From Octopus sinensis (Eukaryota): a stretch of DNA of 64,000 nt. The notes beneath the pieces were generated by a model. It saw only the letters and a list, made by a program, of their open reading frames with translations, made no database searches and had not been told where the DNA came from. The stretch spans positions 1 to 64,000 of the forward strand of contig NW_021833238.1 of the NCBI RefSeq assembly GCF_006345805.1. Reading direction: 5' to 3'. A program made the translations under genes and the position numbers. Shown one piece after another: positions 50,762 through 64,000 of the stretch (positions are counted from its first letter, which is position 1; each line of letters starts with the position of its first letter).

Positions 50762-52639
50762 TATATAGGCACACACATAATTTATAAAAAAAAAAAAATC
50801 AAGCGTATCTCATGTATATAAATTCTCTTAAATTGATGAGCGCAAGATAATTGAAACAACCTTCATATCATAATGACTGTGAAATTTGAGAATCTGTCAC
50901 AACTTCACGTTCTGTTCCTAATTTACATCCCCCCACTCTCTCTGTAACTCTCTCCTTTTCTCACACTCTGCATATTTCTCTTTCTCTCTCTCTCTCCATT
51001 TTCGCGCTCTCTCATACCGAACCATTTCCATCACTCAACGCCACCATTAAAAATATTTTGTTATCTTATAAAACTAACATTGTTGAAAATAAGGACATTT
51101 TTAATTAAAAAGTAAATCATAAAAGAGAAGCAAACAAAATTATGATTCTGAATTCATAAACATCTCTTCAGAATACATAAAAATATATAGGGTTTTTTTT
51201 TCTGTTTACTTTCCATAAGTTACTGTTTAAAGATGTCACATCTTCTATCTATCCATTTTCTTTCCCTCTTTCATTCTCTCTCTCACGCTCTTCCATTTCT
51301 ATTTCTTTGTTATTCCTTTGTTTCCTTCCTGTCTTACTTATTTGCACCCCTTTCTCCTTCCTTCCTTCCTTTCCTTTTTCCTCCTTTCTCTCGTTCCCCT
51401 TTTGTCTCTCCCATTTTTGCTCACCCAGACATTATTTGATTGTCAAATATTTACTGCGTTTCTGCAATTCACAACATGAGAAGTATTAAATAAATGGCAT
51501 ATTATATAACAAAAACGGATCAGTTACTTGCTGAACTAACGTTAAACATTTTAGAAGTAGTTTAGAATGGTTCTTATTATATTTACCATTATTTCCACTT
51601 TCTGGAAATTTTCAATACCTTTAGTGCAGATTTACTTGCATTTCTCCTTAGTATATAACTCCATAATTTACACTTGAGTACAAAACATATAAACAAGCTC
51701 GAATGCATCTAGAGGAAGCAACTTTATATATCTTTTAATATATCATTGACAAAATTAGGCTAATTTTGATGGTTGTGGCCGGCTCTGATAGAGCAGATAA
51801 ATGGTCAAAAACATTCCAAGTATGACCATCTCATCTTTGTTTTAGATATTTCATAACTAGGACTACATTACCCAACGCGTACCTTTTTAATATGGCGGGG
51901 TGCAGTTTCGGGTGATTTTTTTCTGCTATTTCCAGTAAACCACATAAAGGCTTGGTTTTATTCGGTTGTTAATACAATTAATTTTTCTCATTAAATTTCT
52001 CATTTAGATAAAGATAAAATATGATATGCCCAGTTATTCTTCCTATTTTCGCCATAATGTTTAGTGAGTGATAGCTACATCAATAGCATCATGACTTCAG
52101 CCAAGTAATCAGTATTTCTTTAGAGTCCAAAGCAATTATTGCGGAATTCAGGAAGTTGGATACATTGATTGGTTTTCTCCTCTTATTAACTTCATATTTT
52201 GTATTTTGTAGTTTCACTTACGCATTTCAATCATTTCAATTGTTAGTTTTTCCATTTCCCTGTGGTTTTGGACAAAGATGTCCATATTCCTTGCTTAGAC
52301 ATGAATATTCCATGTTCAAATTCAGTCAGAAACAATGTTCATATTCACGTTGATGACGCCTGGCGACGATGAGAGTTGGAACTAATTGAAAATGTGCGTA
52401 ATTTGGAAACACGAAAGATAAAATTATTAGCCTGTAAAACTTTAATTTTCACCTCAGGAGCTTTGACATAATTAATCAGATAATTGTAGAATTTTTCACA
52501 TCACGACTGTCACTGAAGAAAATGAAGTACATTTGAAATTAATGAATTTATTCAAATCATTTATGTTGATTGCCAAAAGAGTGCTCTAGATAGCGAGTCC
52601 GGGTAACGAGCTAGCATTTGAATAATATTTTTTTTCTAA

Positions 52640-52912
52640 CAAAATCAATGGGGTGGCAAGCGCAAACAAGAAATGATTCATCAAAATGGGATGCTGTGAG
52701 TTTGCAGTCCAGTCCCTATATAGAGCTTACAACATGCTGACATCACAGAGGGCCAGTTAGCAGAAGGCCATCAGGCTGGTTGTGGAGGTTGTAGAGGTTG
52801 CCTTAAGGTGGCTGCGATTCAGGAAGTGTGAGCCTACGAAAGAGTAATGCTCTCAGTTGTAGTACTAAGTGGACATAAGCTGGGACTTGATCAATCCTGA
52901 CTGGGTCACCTT
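52640..52912 (+). mobile_element. Hero-clade-like (RLE) LINE 3' remnant
   Basis: GCCEFAVQSLYRAYNML...QKAIRLVVEVVEVALRWLRFRKCEP resembles the GCRGF...AS.WLW C-terminus; UTR ggacataagctgggacttgatcaatcctgactgggtcacct. Confidence 0.6.
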
Positions 52913-52984
52913 TGTTCAACCACTCGCAGCGCTTAAGTCAACCTAAGCGCTTAAGTCATCATCCTAAGAGAATCACCGACTATT

Positions 52985-53197
52985 GATTTCAAATATTGGT
53001 ACAAGGCCAGTAATGTGGGGTGAAAGGGCAAGTCGATTACGTCAACCCAGTACTTAACCGGTACTTCTTTTATCGATTCTGAAAGGATGAAAGGAAAAGT
53101 CGACCTCGACGAAACTCGGACTCAGAACGTAAAGATGGTCGAAATGCTGCTAAGCATTTTGTCCGGCGTGCCAACTATTTTGCAAACTCGCCACCTT
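52985..53197 (-). mobile_element. SINE type C
   Basis: Type C body in reverse. Confidence 0.85.
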
Positions 53198-53859
53198 CAT
53201 CGACTATTAGTATTATTGATAATGCGCTTACATGAGGTACTGTATTTGTATTTCATCATTCTTGCCTTCCATTTCTAAGTGAAAGGAAACACAAACCATT
53301 GAACAACTCCCTAACTGGTCATTGCGGCACACTCTTAACTAGATCTTTACCTTTTCTATTTGCAGCCATACCAGTAGTTCTACCCTTCAACCGGTTCCAA
53401 TATTTTATTCCCTCGTACTATGAAACATCTCAAAGTATACAATGTATGCATAGCCTCCAGTCAGCGATAAATACTTCTGGGTTACTGGCGATGTTGTATC
53501 GGAAAATTGCAGATATTTATATAACGAAATTGCAATTTCTCATTTTAAAAATATGCCGAGGCCTGTAAACTAGCCAAAATAATTTTGGAAACGTTAGAAG
53601 TTCTCATCATGTGAGAATATTAAATTATCAAACAACATAACAACTTACCCTTAAACAGTGCGAATTATCTTTTGCTACCTATTGTAAAATTCTATTGTTG
53701 GCTGCGTTTGCAAAAAATAAAAAAATAAATGAATATCTTTCAGAGAAACCAATTACGAAAATCGAATGTAAAACAAAAAAATGAAAAGTAATATATAAAG
53801 ATGTTTTAGATAGAAGTGGCCAGGGATGTGTGTGGAAATGTCTTCCCTGTGCTGTACCA

Positions 53860-53908
<49 letters not shown>

Positions 53909-53915
53909 CATATAT

Positions 53916-54317
53916 AGGCGACGGAGTGGCTGTGTGGTAAGTAGCTTGCTTACCAACCAGATAGTTCTGCGTTCAGTCCCACTGCGGGGCACCTTGGGCA
54001 AGTGTCTTCTACTATAGCCTCGGGCCGACCAAAGCCTTGTTAGTGGATTTGGTAGACAGAAACTGAAAGAAGCCCCTCGTATATATGTATACGTATATAT
54101 ATATGTGTGTGTGTATTTGCGTGTTTGTCCCCCCAACATCGCTTGACAACCGATGCTGGTGTATTTACGTTCTCGTCACTTAGCGATTCGGCAAAAGAGA
54201 CCGATAGACTAAGTACTAGGCTTACAAGAATAAGTCCTGGGGTCGATTTCCTCGACTACAATCAATGGCTACAAGTATGGCTACAATCAAATGACTGAAA
54301 CGAGTAAAAGAGCAAAA
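53916..54317 (+). mobile_element. SINE type D
   Basis: Matches 28216-28623. Confidence 0.9.
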
Positions 54318-54661
54318 GCGAGATATATATATATATCTTATAATATATATATATATTTATGTGAAATAGAAATGAATATCTTGTAGTAGATTAATCAAAA
54401 GTTAACCGATACCTTAGTAGCAAAATCACAGCAGTGAACAGCACGGTTGGAGGTACAACCATCTGGCGTTGCAACCGTGCGTTGGTGCGGATAATTGAAA
54501 TTAAAACATTATTGGTGAATTGAAGAAATGGAGCTGAACGCAGATTGAACAGAAATCGTTTTATTTCATTCTACACGTGTTTCGAAAGGCACAAATTACC
54601 ACAATATATATATATATATATAATATTATATTATATATTATATATATATATAATATATGGA

Positions 54662-54883
54662 CAGGGTGTTCAAAAAGTCTCCCGGCAGTGATTCTTTCAT
54701 CCTGCGCATCACCATGGCGCTACTTCAAGAGTTTTTCGGTGAACGAATTATTTCGAAGGGAGCTTGGACACCAAAATCACCTGATTTAACACTTCCAGAC
54801 ACTTTTTTTTCTAGGGAGCAAGTAAGGATTAGTGTACAGAATCGCCCGAATACCTACTGCAGAGAAATTTCTTAAACCCCCTG
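54662..54883 (+). mobile_element. Small Tc1/mariner-superfamily deletion derivative
   Basis: TIR cagggtgttcaaaaagtctc vs cagggggtttaagaaatttc (15/20); encodes [26 protein letters not shown] (WPxxSPDL motif). Confidence 0.75.
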
Positions 54884-54935
54884 TATATATATATATACAT
54901 ATATATATGTATATATATAATATATATATATATAT

Positions 54936-55015
<80 letters not shown>

Positions 55016-55044
55016 TATATATATTATATATATATATATATATA

Positions 55045-55075
<31 letters not shown>

Positions 55076-55218
55076 ATTATATGATATTTATATATATACA
55101 TACATATATAATATATATATTATATAAATATACATACATATAATATAATATATATATTATATTAAATTATATATACATAGATATATATATATATATATAT
55201 TTATAAATATATATATAC

Positions 55219-55262
<44 letters not shown>

Positions 55263-55284
55263 TAAATATATATATACATATATA

Positions 55285-56525
55285 TACTTGATACTTTGAT
55301 AGGTTTCGGCCATTATTGGCCCAGGCCATGTCTAACTTAATAGCACCACCTGGTGAAGTCTTTCAAGTCAGAATTTGGGCACTATGGCCCACTCAAGTAG
55401 AGAGTTATTGTTTACAGAGACATATCCGGGTGTAGGGGGTTTATCCGGGATTTCTTGAAGGAATCTGTCCAAAGACTTCTTGAACCCTATAGGGTCAGTT
55501 TCTGTTTTAATGTTGTTGGTGTAATGTTAAAGAGAGCGGGGCCAATTGAGGTGAAATAATTGTGCCGTATTGTTTTTTATGAGATGAGAGTGCGATTTTT
55601 GTTTGTGGCGGATGGCACGGGGCCCAAGCCTTGGATGTACTTAAAGGTGATGCCAACATCATTTGGGCAATGCTGATGGAATATTTTCCACATCATGCAG
55701 ATGATGTAGCGCTCACGACGACGTTGGAGAGAATAGAGTTTTAGCTTTTCTAGTCGACCCCAATAGTCGAGGCCTGTCATGCCATCTATCTTTTTTGTGA
55801 TTGGCCCTTGAGGTGCTTCAACTTTTATGATACCTTGTATTGTGTGGGGAGACCACAGTGGACAACAGTATTCAAGGTGGGGTCGGGCAAAAGTGGAGAA
55901 GAGAAGGATAATGGTGTGGATATCTCTCGACTGGAAAGTTCTGGAATCCAGGAACACATTCTGCGGGCCATGTCAACTTTGGTGTTTATATGAGTGGCCC
56001 AGCTTACGTTGTTGTCCACAATTACTCCCAAGTCTCTGATGTTGTTGGACGCCGCGAGAGTTTCACCTGAAGGAAGGGAGTATGGGAGTTTCAGGGCATC
56101 CTCTTTTCCAAAGTGGATTAGCTCAAATTTATCCTCGTTCAGCAGCATATTGTTTTTTTCTGCCCATTGGATAACAGCCAGTAGATCTGACTGAAGGCAT
56201 GTCCGGTCACTCGCCTCATTTATGACCTTCTGTAGCTTGGAGTCATCTGCAAAGATTTTTATGTTGCTGTGCTTGATGATGTCATTAATGTCATTAATGT
56301 AAATGATGAAAAGAAGTGGGCCCAGCACAGTTCCTTGCGGAACGCCACTACTGACTTTGGCTGGGCTTGATTTTACCCCTTCAACTACAACATGTTGAGA
56401 TCTGTCTGTCAGGAAACACTTAATCCATTTCAGTAACTTTCCAGAGACACCAAATCTGTCTGTCAGGAAACACTTAATCCATTTCAGTAACTTTCCAGAG
56501 ACACCAATCTGTCTGTCAGGAAACA
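55285..56525 (-). mobile_element. 5'-truncated CR1-group LINE (RT C-terminal half) in (TA)n
   Basis: SGVPQGTVLGPLLF, FADDSK, RDLGVIVD, RPHLEYCCPLWSP, LYSLQRRR; 3' tail tatcaaagtatcaagta. Confidence 0.93.
56400..56525 (-). repeat. 54-bp unit x2.35 at the CR1 5' truncation point
   Basis: Units 56400-56453, 56454-56506 and partial 56507-56525. Confidence 0.92.
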
Positions 56526-56633
56526 TATATATAATATATATATATTATATTAAATATATATATACATATATATATATATATATTATATTAAATATATATA
56601 GCAATATATGTATATATATATATATATATATAC

Positions 56634-56667
<34 letters not shown>

Positions 56668-56701
56668 ATATATATCTATAGTATATGTATATATATATAT
56701 A

Positions 56702-56746
<45 letters not shown>

Positions 56747-57388
56747 TGCATATATATATATATCTATATAATCTATATATTCTATATATATTATATTATA
56801 TATATCTCACTTCGTTGATTTTTCTGTGCTCTCTTATTCCCATTAGTGGAGTTTTTTTTTTTTTAATATGGTCATCTGCCAAAAAAGTAGCAAATATTGC
56901 CATACTTTATTAAAATTTACGTGAGAAAAATTAGAATACCTTACAAGACTGGAATGTCAGTATTGTTGCTGTTGTTGTTCCAACTGACCTTATCTGTGAT
57001 CCCAATATTACTCATGCTATTGTTTCTGCTATTTACTCATTATTTCCTTTTTTTTTAAACCTAAACTGTTATCGATACTAATATTATTACCGTTGTTGTT
57101 ACTCTTACTTTTTAATTTTTATGGTGTTGTTTTGGTTTATCTTCTTTTGTTTTAACTGCTGCTACTGCTGCTGCTGCTGCTGCTGCTGTTATAGCTATTT
57201 TGGCTGCAAGTATTCCTTTAAGAATTGCTGTTTCTCGATATTAGTACTGACACTGCTGCTGCTGTTGTTGTTGTTGCCCTCTTTTTTTGGTTTTTTGTTT
57301 AAATTTCTATTAATATTACTGATGGAAATATGTAGCTTCTCAATTACCAACATCGCTACGGCTGCTACTAGTCTTCTCCTCCCCTTTT

Positions 57389-57420
57389 TACTACTACTAC
57401 TATTACTACTACTACTACTG

Positions 57421-57467
<47 letters not shown>

Positions 57468-57560
57468 GCTGCTACTGCTGCTGCTAGTACTACTGCTAAT
57501 ACTACTACTAGTATTACTACTACTACAACTACTACTACTGCTGCTGCTGCTGCTATCATT
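57389..57560 (+). repeat. (CTA)n/(CTG)n microsatellite
   Basis: Direct reading. Confidence 0.9.
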
Positions 57561-57574
57561 ATCAATAATAATAC

Positions 57575-58340
57575 TTTACTTTCTACTAGAAGCACAAGTC
57601 CTGAAATTTCAGTGGGAGGGGATAAATCATTTACATCGACCCCAGTGTTTCACTGGCAGTTAATTTATCGACCCCGAAAGGATGAAAGGCAAAGTCAACC
57701 TCGGCGGAATTTGAACTCAGAACGTAGCGGCAGACGAAATACCGCTATGCATTTCGCCCGGCATGCTAAACCATCACCAATAATAATAATATAATAAATA
57801 CTTTTCTCACTATAAAACAAGGTTGGGAAGTTTGGTGAACGGTGCTAGTCGATTACATCGACTCGAGTACATAACTGGTACTTATTTATCGACTCCGGAA
57901 GGATGAAAGACAAAGTCGCCCTCGGTTGAATGTGAACTTAGAACACAAACAGACAAAATAGCATTAAGCGTTTTTCTTTGCAAACGATTCTCCTAGCTCG
58001 CCGCCTTACAACCAATTATAATAATGGTTTATGATATAGGCCCAAGGCTAGCAATTTTGAGAGGTGGGAGTCAGTCGACACCATCCCATCGATCCCATAC
58101 TTAAATGTTAGTTTATTTTATCAATATTGGTTTCAAATTTTGGCACAAGGCCAGTAAGCTAGGGCGCGGGTGAGTTGATTGCATCAACTCCAGTGCTCAA
58201 CAATTACTTACATTATCGACCCCGAAAAGACGAACAGCAAAGCTGGCCATGTCAAAATTTGAACTCAGAATGTAAAGACGGACGAAGCGCCGCTAAGCAT
58301 TTTATCCGGTGTGCTAACGGCTCTGCCAGCTAGCCCACTT
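57575..58340 (-). mobile_element. Head-to-tail cluster of ~4 SINE type C copies
   Basis: Repeated type C blocks separated by short AAT runs. Confidence 0.85.
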
Positions 58341-58343
58341 AAT

Positions 58344-58399
<56 letters not shown>

Positions 58400-58433
58400 T
58401 AATAATAATAACAACAACAATAATAATAATAAT

Positions 58434-58468
<35 letters not shown>

Positions 58469-58483
58469 TAATAATAATAATAA

Positions 58484-59030
58484 TGCAGGCATTGGCTTCC
58501 ATGGCTTCTGATCTTAACTGATTGGAAGTGATATCATGTACATTGCTATGTCTTGGTATAAAAGATGGGCTACAGCAAATATTCTGCTCAATACCACAGA
58601 TTTGCTTGTTAGTTGTTTGACCTTAACCAGTTGAGCATGTCCCTTAGTGGCTGATGATATGTGCATCTCAGATCACGAGCAGAAGTAGTGGGGGGGGGGC
58701 ATCATAGCCATGTGTTAAGAATAATTCTTTGGAGTTTGAATAATTCACTTCTGGAAGCATGGACGTTTCATTCAACGTTCTGAAACAAACCTTATCCAGG
58801 GACTTTTTGAGTAAGATGGGCTACTCGACCTGAATAAAATTCTAACTGGGTTCCACCTGCAAGGTCATGCGATGTTTATGGTGATATGAGATCAGCATGT
58901 CGCGCACATATGGTTGTGATGCATGTGCTTGGTGTACCCTTATCAGACGAGCAGTGATGACGGGTATACTGGGCTTCGTATATTTTACCCCAGTATTACT
59001 TTGATGGCAAGCAGTGCTCTCTCACTCAAT
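58484..59030 (+). mobile_element. Non-coding interspersed element in (AAT)n/(GAT)n, possibly Dong-mobilised
   Basis: Trinucleotide flanks; 3' end gatggcaagcagtgctctctcactcaat resembles ggtggcatacactgctgtatcactcagt at 32714 and 34629, which also precede AAT runs. Confidence 0.5.
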
Positions 59031-60277
59031 GGTGATGATGATGATGATAATGTTGATATTGGCGACATCGATGATGATGACAGTAATAATATATCTTCTC
59101 TTTATTAGCATCAGTGAGCAATTTTTTTCTTTATATGAAACGTTTATGCTCACATAGAGATTGGATTCATGAAGGTTTTTGCCGTAATGTCAGAATTCTG
59201 TTATGAAATACCTGTGTTCTTATCGACTTCCGTGTTATAAATTGTGATGCATTTTCTATGAAAGTATTTCACAAAATAAAAAAAAAAAGACACTGCAACT
59301 ACTTCTATGATCATATCTATATTTTCTGTAAGTTGGGTGATGTTCTTTTTCTCCTATTTATCGTCTCTAAAAAAGAAAAAGAAATGTTTATTTTACGTTC
59401 GTCTATTTTTTGTTTTTATTCCTTGTCTGTTTATATTAGTGCTACCCCTATTCCTGTGAATACTGTCATAGAAAGAAGCCATTATTTAGCAAGTAGTAAA
59501 TAAGCGTTTTTCGAATGCTGCACTTTCTATTAGGAAATTCTTGGTTAAGTGCTTGTATGATCAACTATCAAAACTGATTCCAGTGAAGTGAAAGTTTTCC
59601 CATTTACCCTGAACAGCTACAGTATTATATATGGAAATCATCTAGCCACAAAATGTTTTCTTTCCGAATAGGAGAAGCACTGGCAGCCATTTTGTCTTCC
59701 GCTACAATGAACCGAAGAATTATGGGTACATCACCCACCAATGACATTCTATGATTATGAATATTCTGCCTGTCTGCTCGTTGTAATATGGTGTAATAAC
59801 GTGAAACATGCCAAGTGTTTAACATTTGTACTTTTGGTGATTAAATTACATTTTTCCTTTTTTTCTCTCGCTGGTATTACTAAGAAATTTTGTGAATACT
59901 GACATTTTACCGTTGAGAAATCTAATAATTTTACCAATGCACAGCTAATTCCTAAACATTAGTGGTCATGATTTCCTTTCGGGGAAAAAATGCATTGGTG
60001 TAATCTTATAATTCCATCAACGAGCACAAGGGAATGGTGCTGTTTAACACCATAATCCAGAATCAAAAGATATTTCAACCGTCCTTCTTGGGCAAAGTAT
60101 ACATTTCTTATACCACAGTTACTTTGTAAGACAGTTGAATGTGATTCAATGACGATTTAACATCTATTTCTATATGACGTGCGATCACATAAGCGCTTCT
60201 TCTATCCTGAAATAGACGGTGGCAGTCCAGAAGTTACCAACAGTTTCCCAAAAGTTTTCTGTATAATGAGCAATATA

Positions 60278-60538
60278 AAATAAAAATAAATGCGCCCTTT
60301 TAAAGCCTAGCCAGGTTCATGGGCCTGGTTTCCCGGTTTCAATGGCGTATGTGTTCCCCAGCTGGACGGGACGCCAGTACATCGCAACGTTACTCATTTT
60401 TGCCAGCTGAGTGGATTGGAGCAACGTTAAATGAAGTGTTTTGCTCAAGAACACAACGCGTCGCCCGGTCCAGGAATCGAAACCACCATCTTACGACCAT
60501 GATGCTGACACCCTAACCACTAAGCCACGCACCTCCAC
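60278..60538 (-). mobile_element. SINE type B
   Basis: 13-bp TSD aatgagcaatata (60265, 60539). Confidence 0.92.
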
Positions 60539-62104
60539 AATGAGCAATATACTGCTGATATAATGAGCAAAACTTATGAACGAAACAAAATAAGTTGTAC
60601 ATTTACATCCGCACGGAGATGTATCTTTGTACTTAACTTCCACACAGAAAAGCGTCAATATTGATACTTGCGTATTTACGGCACGTTGATAAAATTAATT
60701 ACAAGATAACTCAACGGGAAAATATTTAGTATTTAAAAAATAACTAGTTATACACACGAGAAAAAGGAAATGATTTGCTCAACAAAAAATTGAATATTAT
60801 GCTTGCAGTGTTTTTCTACGATTTGTTGCGCGTTGCTATGCATTGTTGTACTGTTTACTACGGCTCCTGCATGTCTGACAAAGATTTGAGGAGATTCAAC
60901 GTTAACACATTCGATATTAATGTGTTTGACAGTTACATATTTATGCATATCTTACCGAATATCTAAAGAGTAAATCATCGTGCTAAATAAGAAAGGAAGT
61001 GTCTCAGAGTATGAAGTATTTATCTGCCTTTATCAGTGGGAAAGAAAATGTGTCTCGAATTGCAACAATTCGCTATAATAGCACAAAGCTGTGATATTTT
61101 AAAGTGGAATTTATACGATAACAAATGAAAGAACTCATGTGAATTGTTTCTTATCTGAATAATATTAAAAATGTCACGTTATTAGCTTGACCTGCTGGGA
61201 AAAGCAACTAAATCTCCCTCAAATTTCACTACACCATCTTACAAAAGAAATGACACATTTAGTAATATGTTCACTGTTTGAAAAAAATAACAACTACAAC
61301 AAAAATACGACAGATTAAAATAGTAATCAACCAAACAAATATTTTATTCATCATTTTGTGAAGTAACTCTGATCAAAGTCATTGAAAATGCAACCAACTT
61401 GTTTTAAAATAGATACAGATAAGCTGATAAAATACCAAGTACCTGAGATTACGATCTTTTTGTGTTGCAGTTTGAAGTATGTCTAGAGTATAAAGAAAAA
61501 TACATTTTTACTACGAGAAATTTTATAACTTAACAAATTGAATATATTGTATTTCATGTTTATTATTAGAAAATAATTGACTGTTTTTAAAGACATCTAA
61601 CATAATTGATGAGCCGCTGTGACAAAGATCCACCTCATAAGAGAAGAGACTGTAGTTGAATGGCGGAAGAAGTTTTCTTAGTGAATAAATTGAATGGCTT
61701 CTTTGTTATATCTGCTGTTACGAAATCATATTGTCTTTTGAGTTTATAAAAAGCATCTGCTGTGATTGATGAGACACTGAACAAATATCTTCCTTACGAT
61801 TGATCAGTCTTTCAAGTACGTTATAAATATGATGCCAAGTTAATGCAAGCAATAGCACTGATGCTTTCGTTCTCTACGTCTTCAGTTTATTTTTGCTTTC
61901 AGATCAAGTCCATGCTGGGAAAACGCCTACAGATTGGTTCGAGCATATTTTTGTTATCGTGGATTGAGCCGTAGTGGAAAACATCTTTAGATTTTTATTT
62001 CAGTTCGTGTTAGCGATCGCAGTTGGGGACATGCGCGAGCAACATCAATGGATTTATTTTAGAACGTTTCAACCCTTACAACAAGGTTAAAGTGGCATAA
62101 TGCA

Positions 62105-62240
62105 CATGGTGCTTCCCAGCCACGTGGTTCCGGGTTCAGTCCTACAGCATGGTGCCTTCGGCAAATGTCTTCTAGTATAGCCACGGATCGAGCAAGTTTT
62201 GTGAGTGGATTTCGTAGAGGGAAACTGAAAGAAGCTCGTA
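62105..62240 (+). mobile_element. SINE type D 5' half running into (TATG)n
   Basis: ggttccgggttcagtcc...ggaaactgaaagaagctcgta. Confidence 0.8.
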
Positions 62241-62321
62241 TGTATGTATGTATGTATGTATGTATGTATGTATGTATGTATGTATTATGTATGTATGTAT
62301 GTATGAATATATATATATATT

Positions 62322-62374
<53 letters not shown>

Positions 62375-62664
62375 GAAGAGAGAGATAGAGAGAGAGAGAC
62401 GAAGAGAGAGAGAGAGAGATGGGCAATTATGCAGATAGACAAATAAGACACATAAATTTTTTTTATCCGCATATTTGGCTCTATAACCGCTCAACTCGAT
62501 CCCTCTTATAGCCTTTTTTTACCTTGTGGAATCGATCACTTGTAAACACGTCAGTGTCAAATTTTGAATCTTTTGCGCATTACTAAGTGCCGTCTATAAG
62601 TGTGTGTGTATGTATGTGTGTATGTGTGTGTGTATGTATGTATGTATGTATGTATGTATATATA

Positions 62665-62739
<75 letters not shown>

Positions 62740-62741
62740 AT

Positions 62742-62946
62742 AACGGGAAGGTTGACGAAAATAACAAAAGACGAAGGCAGGTGGAGTACAAACAAACAAT
62801 GTATTAGTGTGGCGCTCAGGAATAGAAATAAAACAAGTCTTTTACGTTTCGAGCCTACGCTCTTCGACAGAAAGATACACAGAAAAAAACAAGGTGAGAA
62901 ACAAGGAGAGAAAAAAATGCGTGTAGGAGCTAACAATCTATCATGG

Positions 62947-62950
<4 letters not shown>
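62742..62950 (-). mobile_element. Penelope-like pLTR fragment in (TA)n
   Basis: Minus ctgtcgaa-gagc-gtag-gctc-gaaacg; related to 1546-1790; TA runs on both sides. Confidence 0.6.
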
Positions 62951-63012
<62 letters not shown>

Positions 63013-63243
63013 TGCATGTATAAGTACATATATACATATATACGTACGCATTGACAGAAAAGACGAAACTAGACGTCTAGTCTCAGGATTCCTGAAGCGG
63101 TTACCCCCTCTGTTCAGCATGTGTGTATACATTTGCGCGCTTAGTACAGCATTAAGCGTATTTTAACTTTTACTTCTAGTAATGAATATGTTTGGCACTC
63201 TTAGTCACACTTAGCGACGACTGATTTTTTCTTTATATAATAC

Positions 63244-63313
<70 letters not shown>

Positions 63314-63552
63314 CTTGCAGAAGGAAAAGATTACTATTAATATTTATGTTTGAAACTTTTTTTTCTCAGCTCCATTTTAATGTGGGTGCTTCTTCAGGTG
63401 TCGCATTTTCATTAATCTCAAGTTGAAAAGAGTTCCACGTGTGTTACCATACGATCGGATTTCTCAGAGAATTAACAGGTGGTAGCCAATAAAGAAGCAC
63501 AGGAGCTTTTAAGAGCTTATCCTGAGGCTTTTGTCCGACAAACTAAACATGT

Positions 63553-63653
<101 letters not shown>

Positions 63654-64000
63654 ATACATATTGACATGTTTTCGAAAAGATAATTAAAAGAGCTCGCGCA
63701 CTCTAAAAAGAAACTTCTTTCCAAAAAGATTAGTGACGTTCTGATAAAGAACTTACATTTTTAAAAAAGTGATTTGAAGAAAAATCTTTTTTACACTTAG
63801 TAAAACTGTACCTAGTAATTTTCACAAAGATTAATGTGTGTGTGTGTGTACGTGTGTATATGTGTGTGTGTGTGTGTGGTGGGGTGTGCATGGTAATGCT
63901 TCCACTAGTAGAAAAGCACTCGATTAACTAAGGGAGTAAAGATAATCTTAAATTAAAAGTCACACATCTTGCCAATAGCTTCCCAAGTTTTCCTGGTCGA

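Noticed and set aside
59440-59503. Possible terminal exon after a pyrimidine tract (ATPIPVNTVIERSHYLASSK*)
   Set aside because: Short, no recognisable homology and no partner exons; needs RNA-seq.
59683-59694. YY1-like motif gcagccattttg as a promoter mark
   Set aside because: A single short motif with no supporting gene or CpG context.
63050-63100. gaaactagacgtctagtc hairpin as a hammerhead
   Set aside because: Stem III and GUC are present but there is no CUGANGA core in a valid position.
63371-63550. Possible exon after ttttttctcag
   Set aside because: No frame stays open across it with a good donor site, and no recognisable product.

Overview
AT-rich, microsatellite-dense eukaryotic DNA. 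The SINE, Penelope and microsatellite repertoire suggests a cephalopod, probably Octopus (inference from recognition, not a search). I found no convincing host gene, so the window reads as intergenic or deep intronic, and almost all listed ORFs are microsatellite or SINE artefacts. Contents: about 40 tRNA-derived SINE copies (four head types with interchangeable 3' modules), LINE relics of four clades (Tx1/L1 in (CTAT)n, a pile-up of R4/Dong fragments in (AAT)n, CR1 in (TA)n, Hero), five mariner derivatives, two small Tc1/mariner-type elements, a hAT MITE, a Helitron, and Penelope-like fragments with hammerhead motifs and fold-back palindromes. Most notable: (1) two unrelated 5'-truncated LINEs whose 5'-terminal segment is tandemly reiterated at the junction (21 nt x20 in a Dong copy, 54 nt x2.35 in a CR1 copy), suggesting reiterative, telomerase-like reverse transcription; (2) SINE tails that match the 3' ends of LINEs in this same window; (3) two mariners built from two inverted 5' ends; (4) a near-complete hammerhead with a long stem II; (5) several local templated duplications; (6) an unexplained fixed-spacing motif array at 23.3-24.3 kb. 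Coordinates were read by eye and may be off by a few bases. Family labels A-D are mine.
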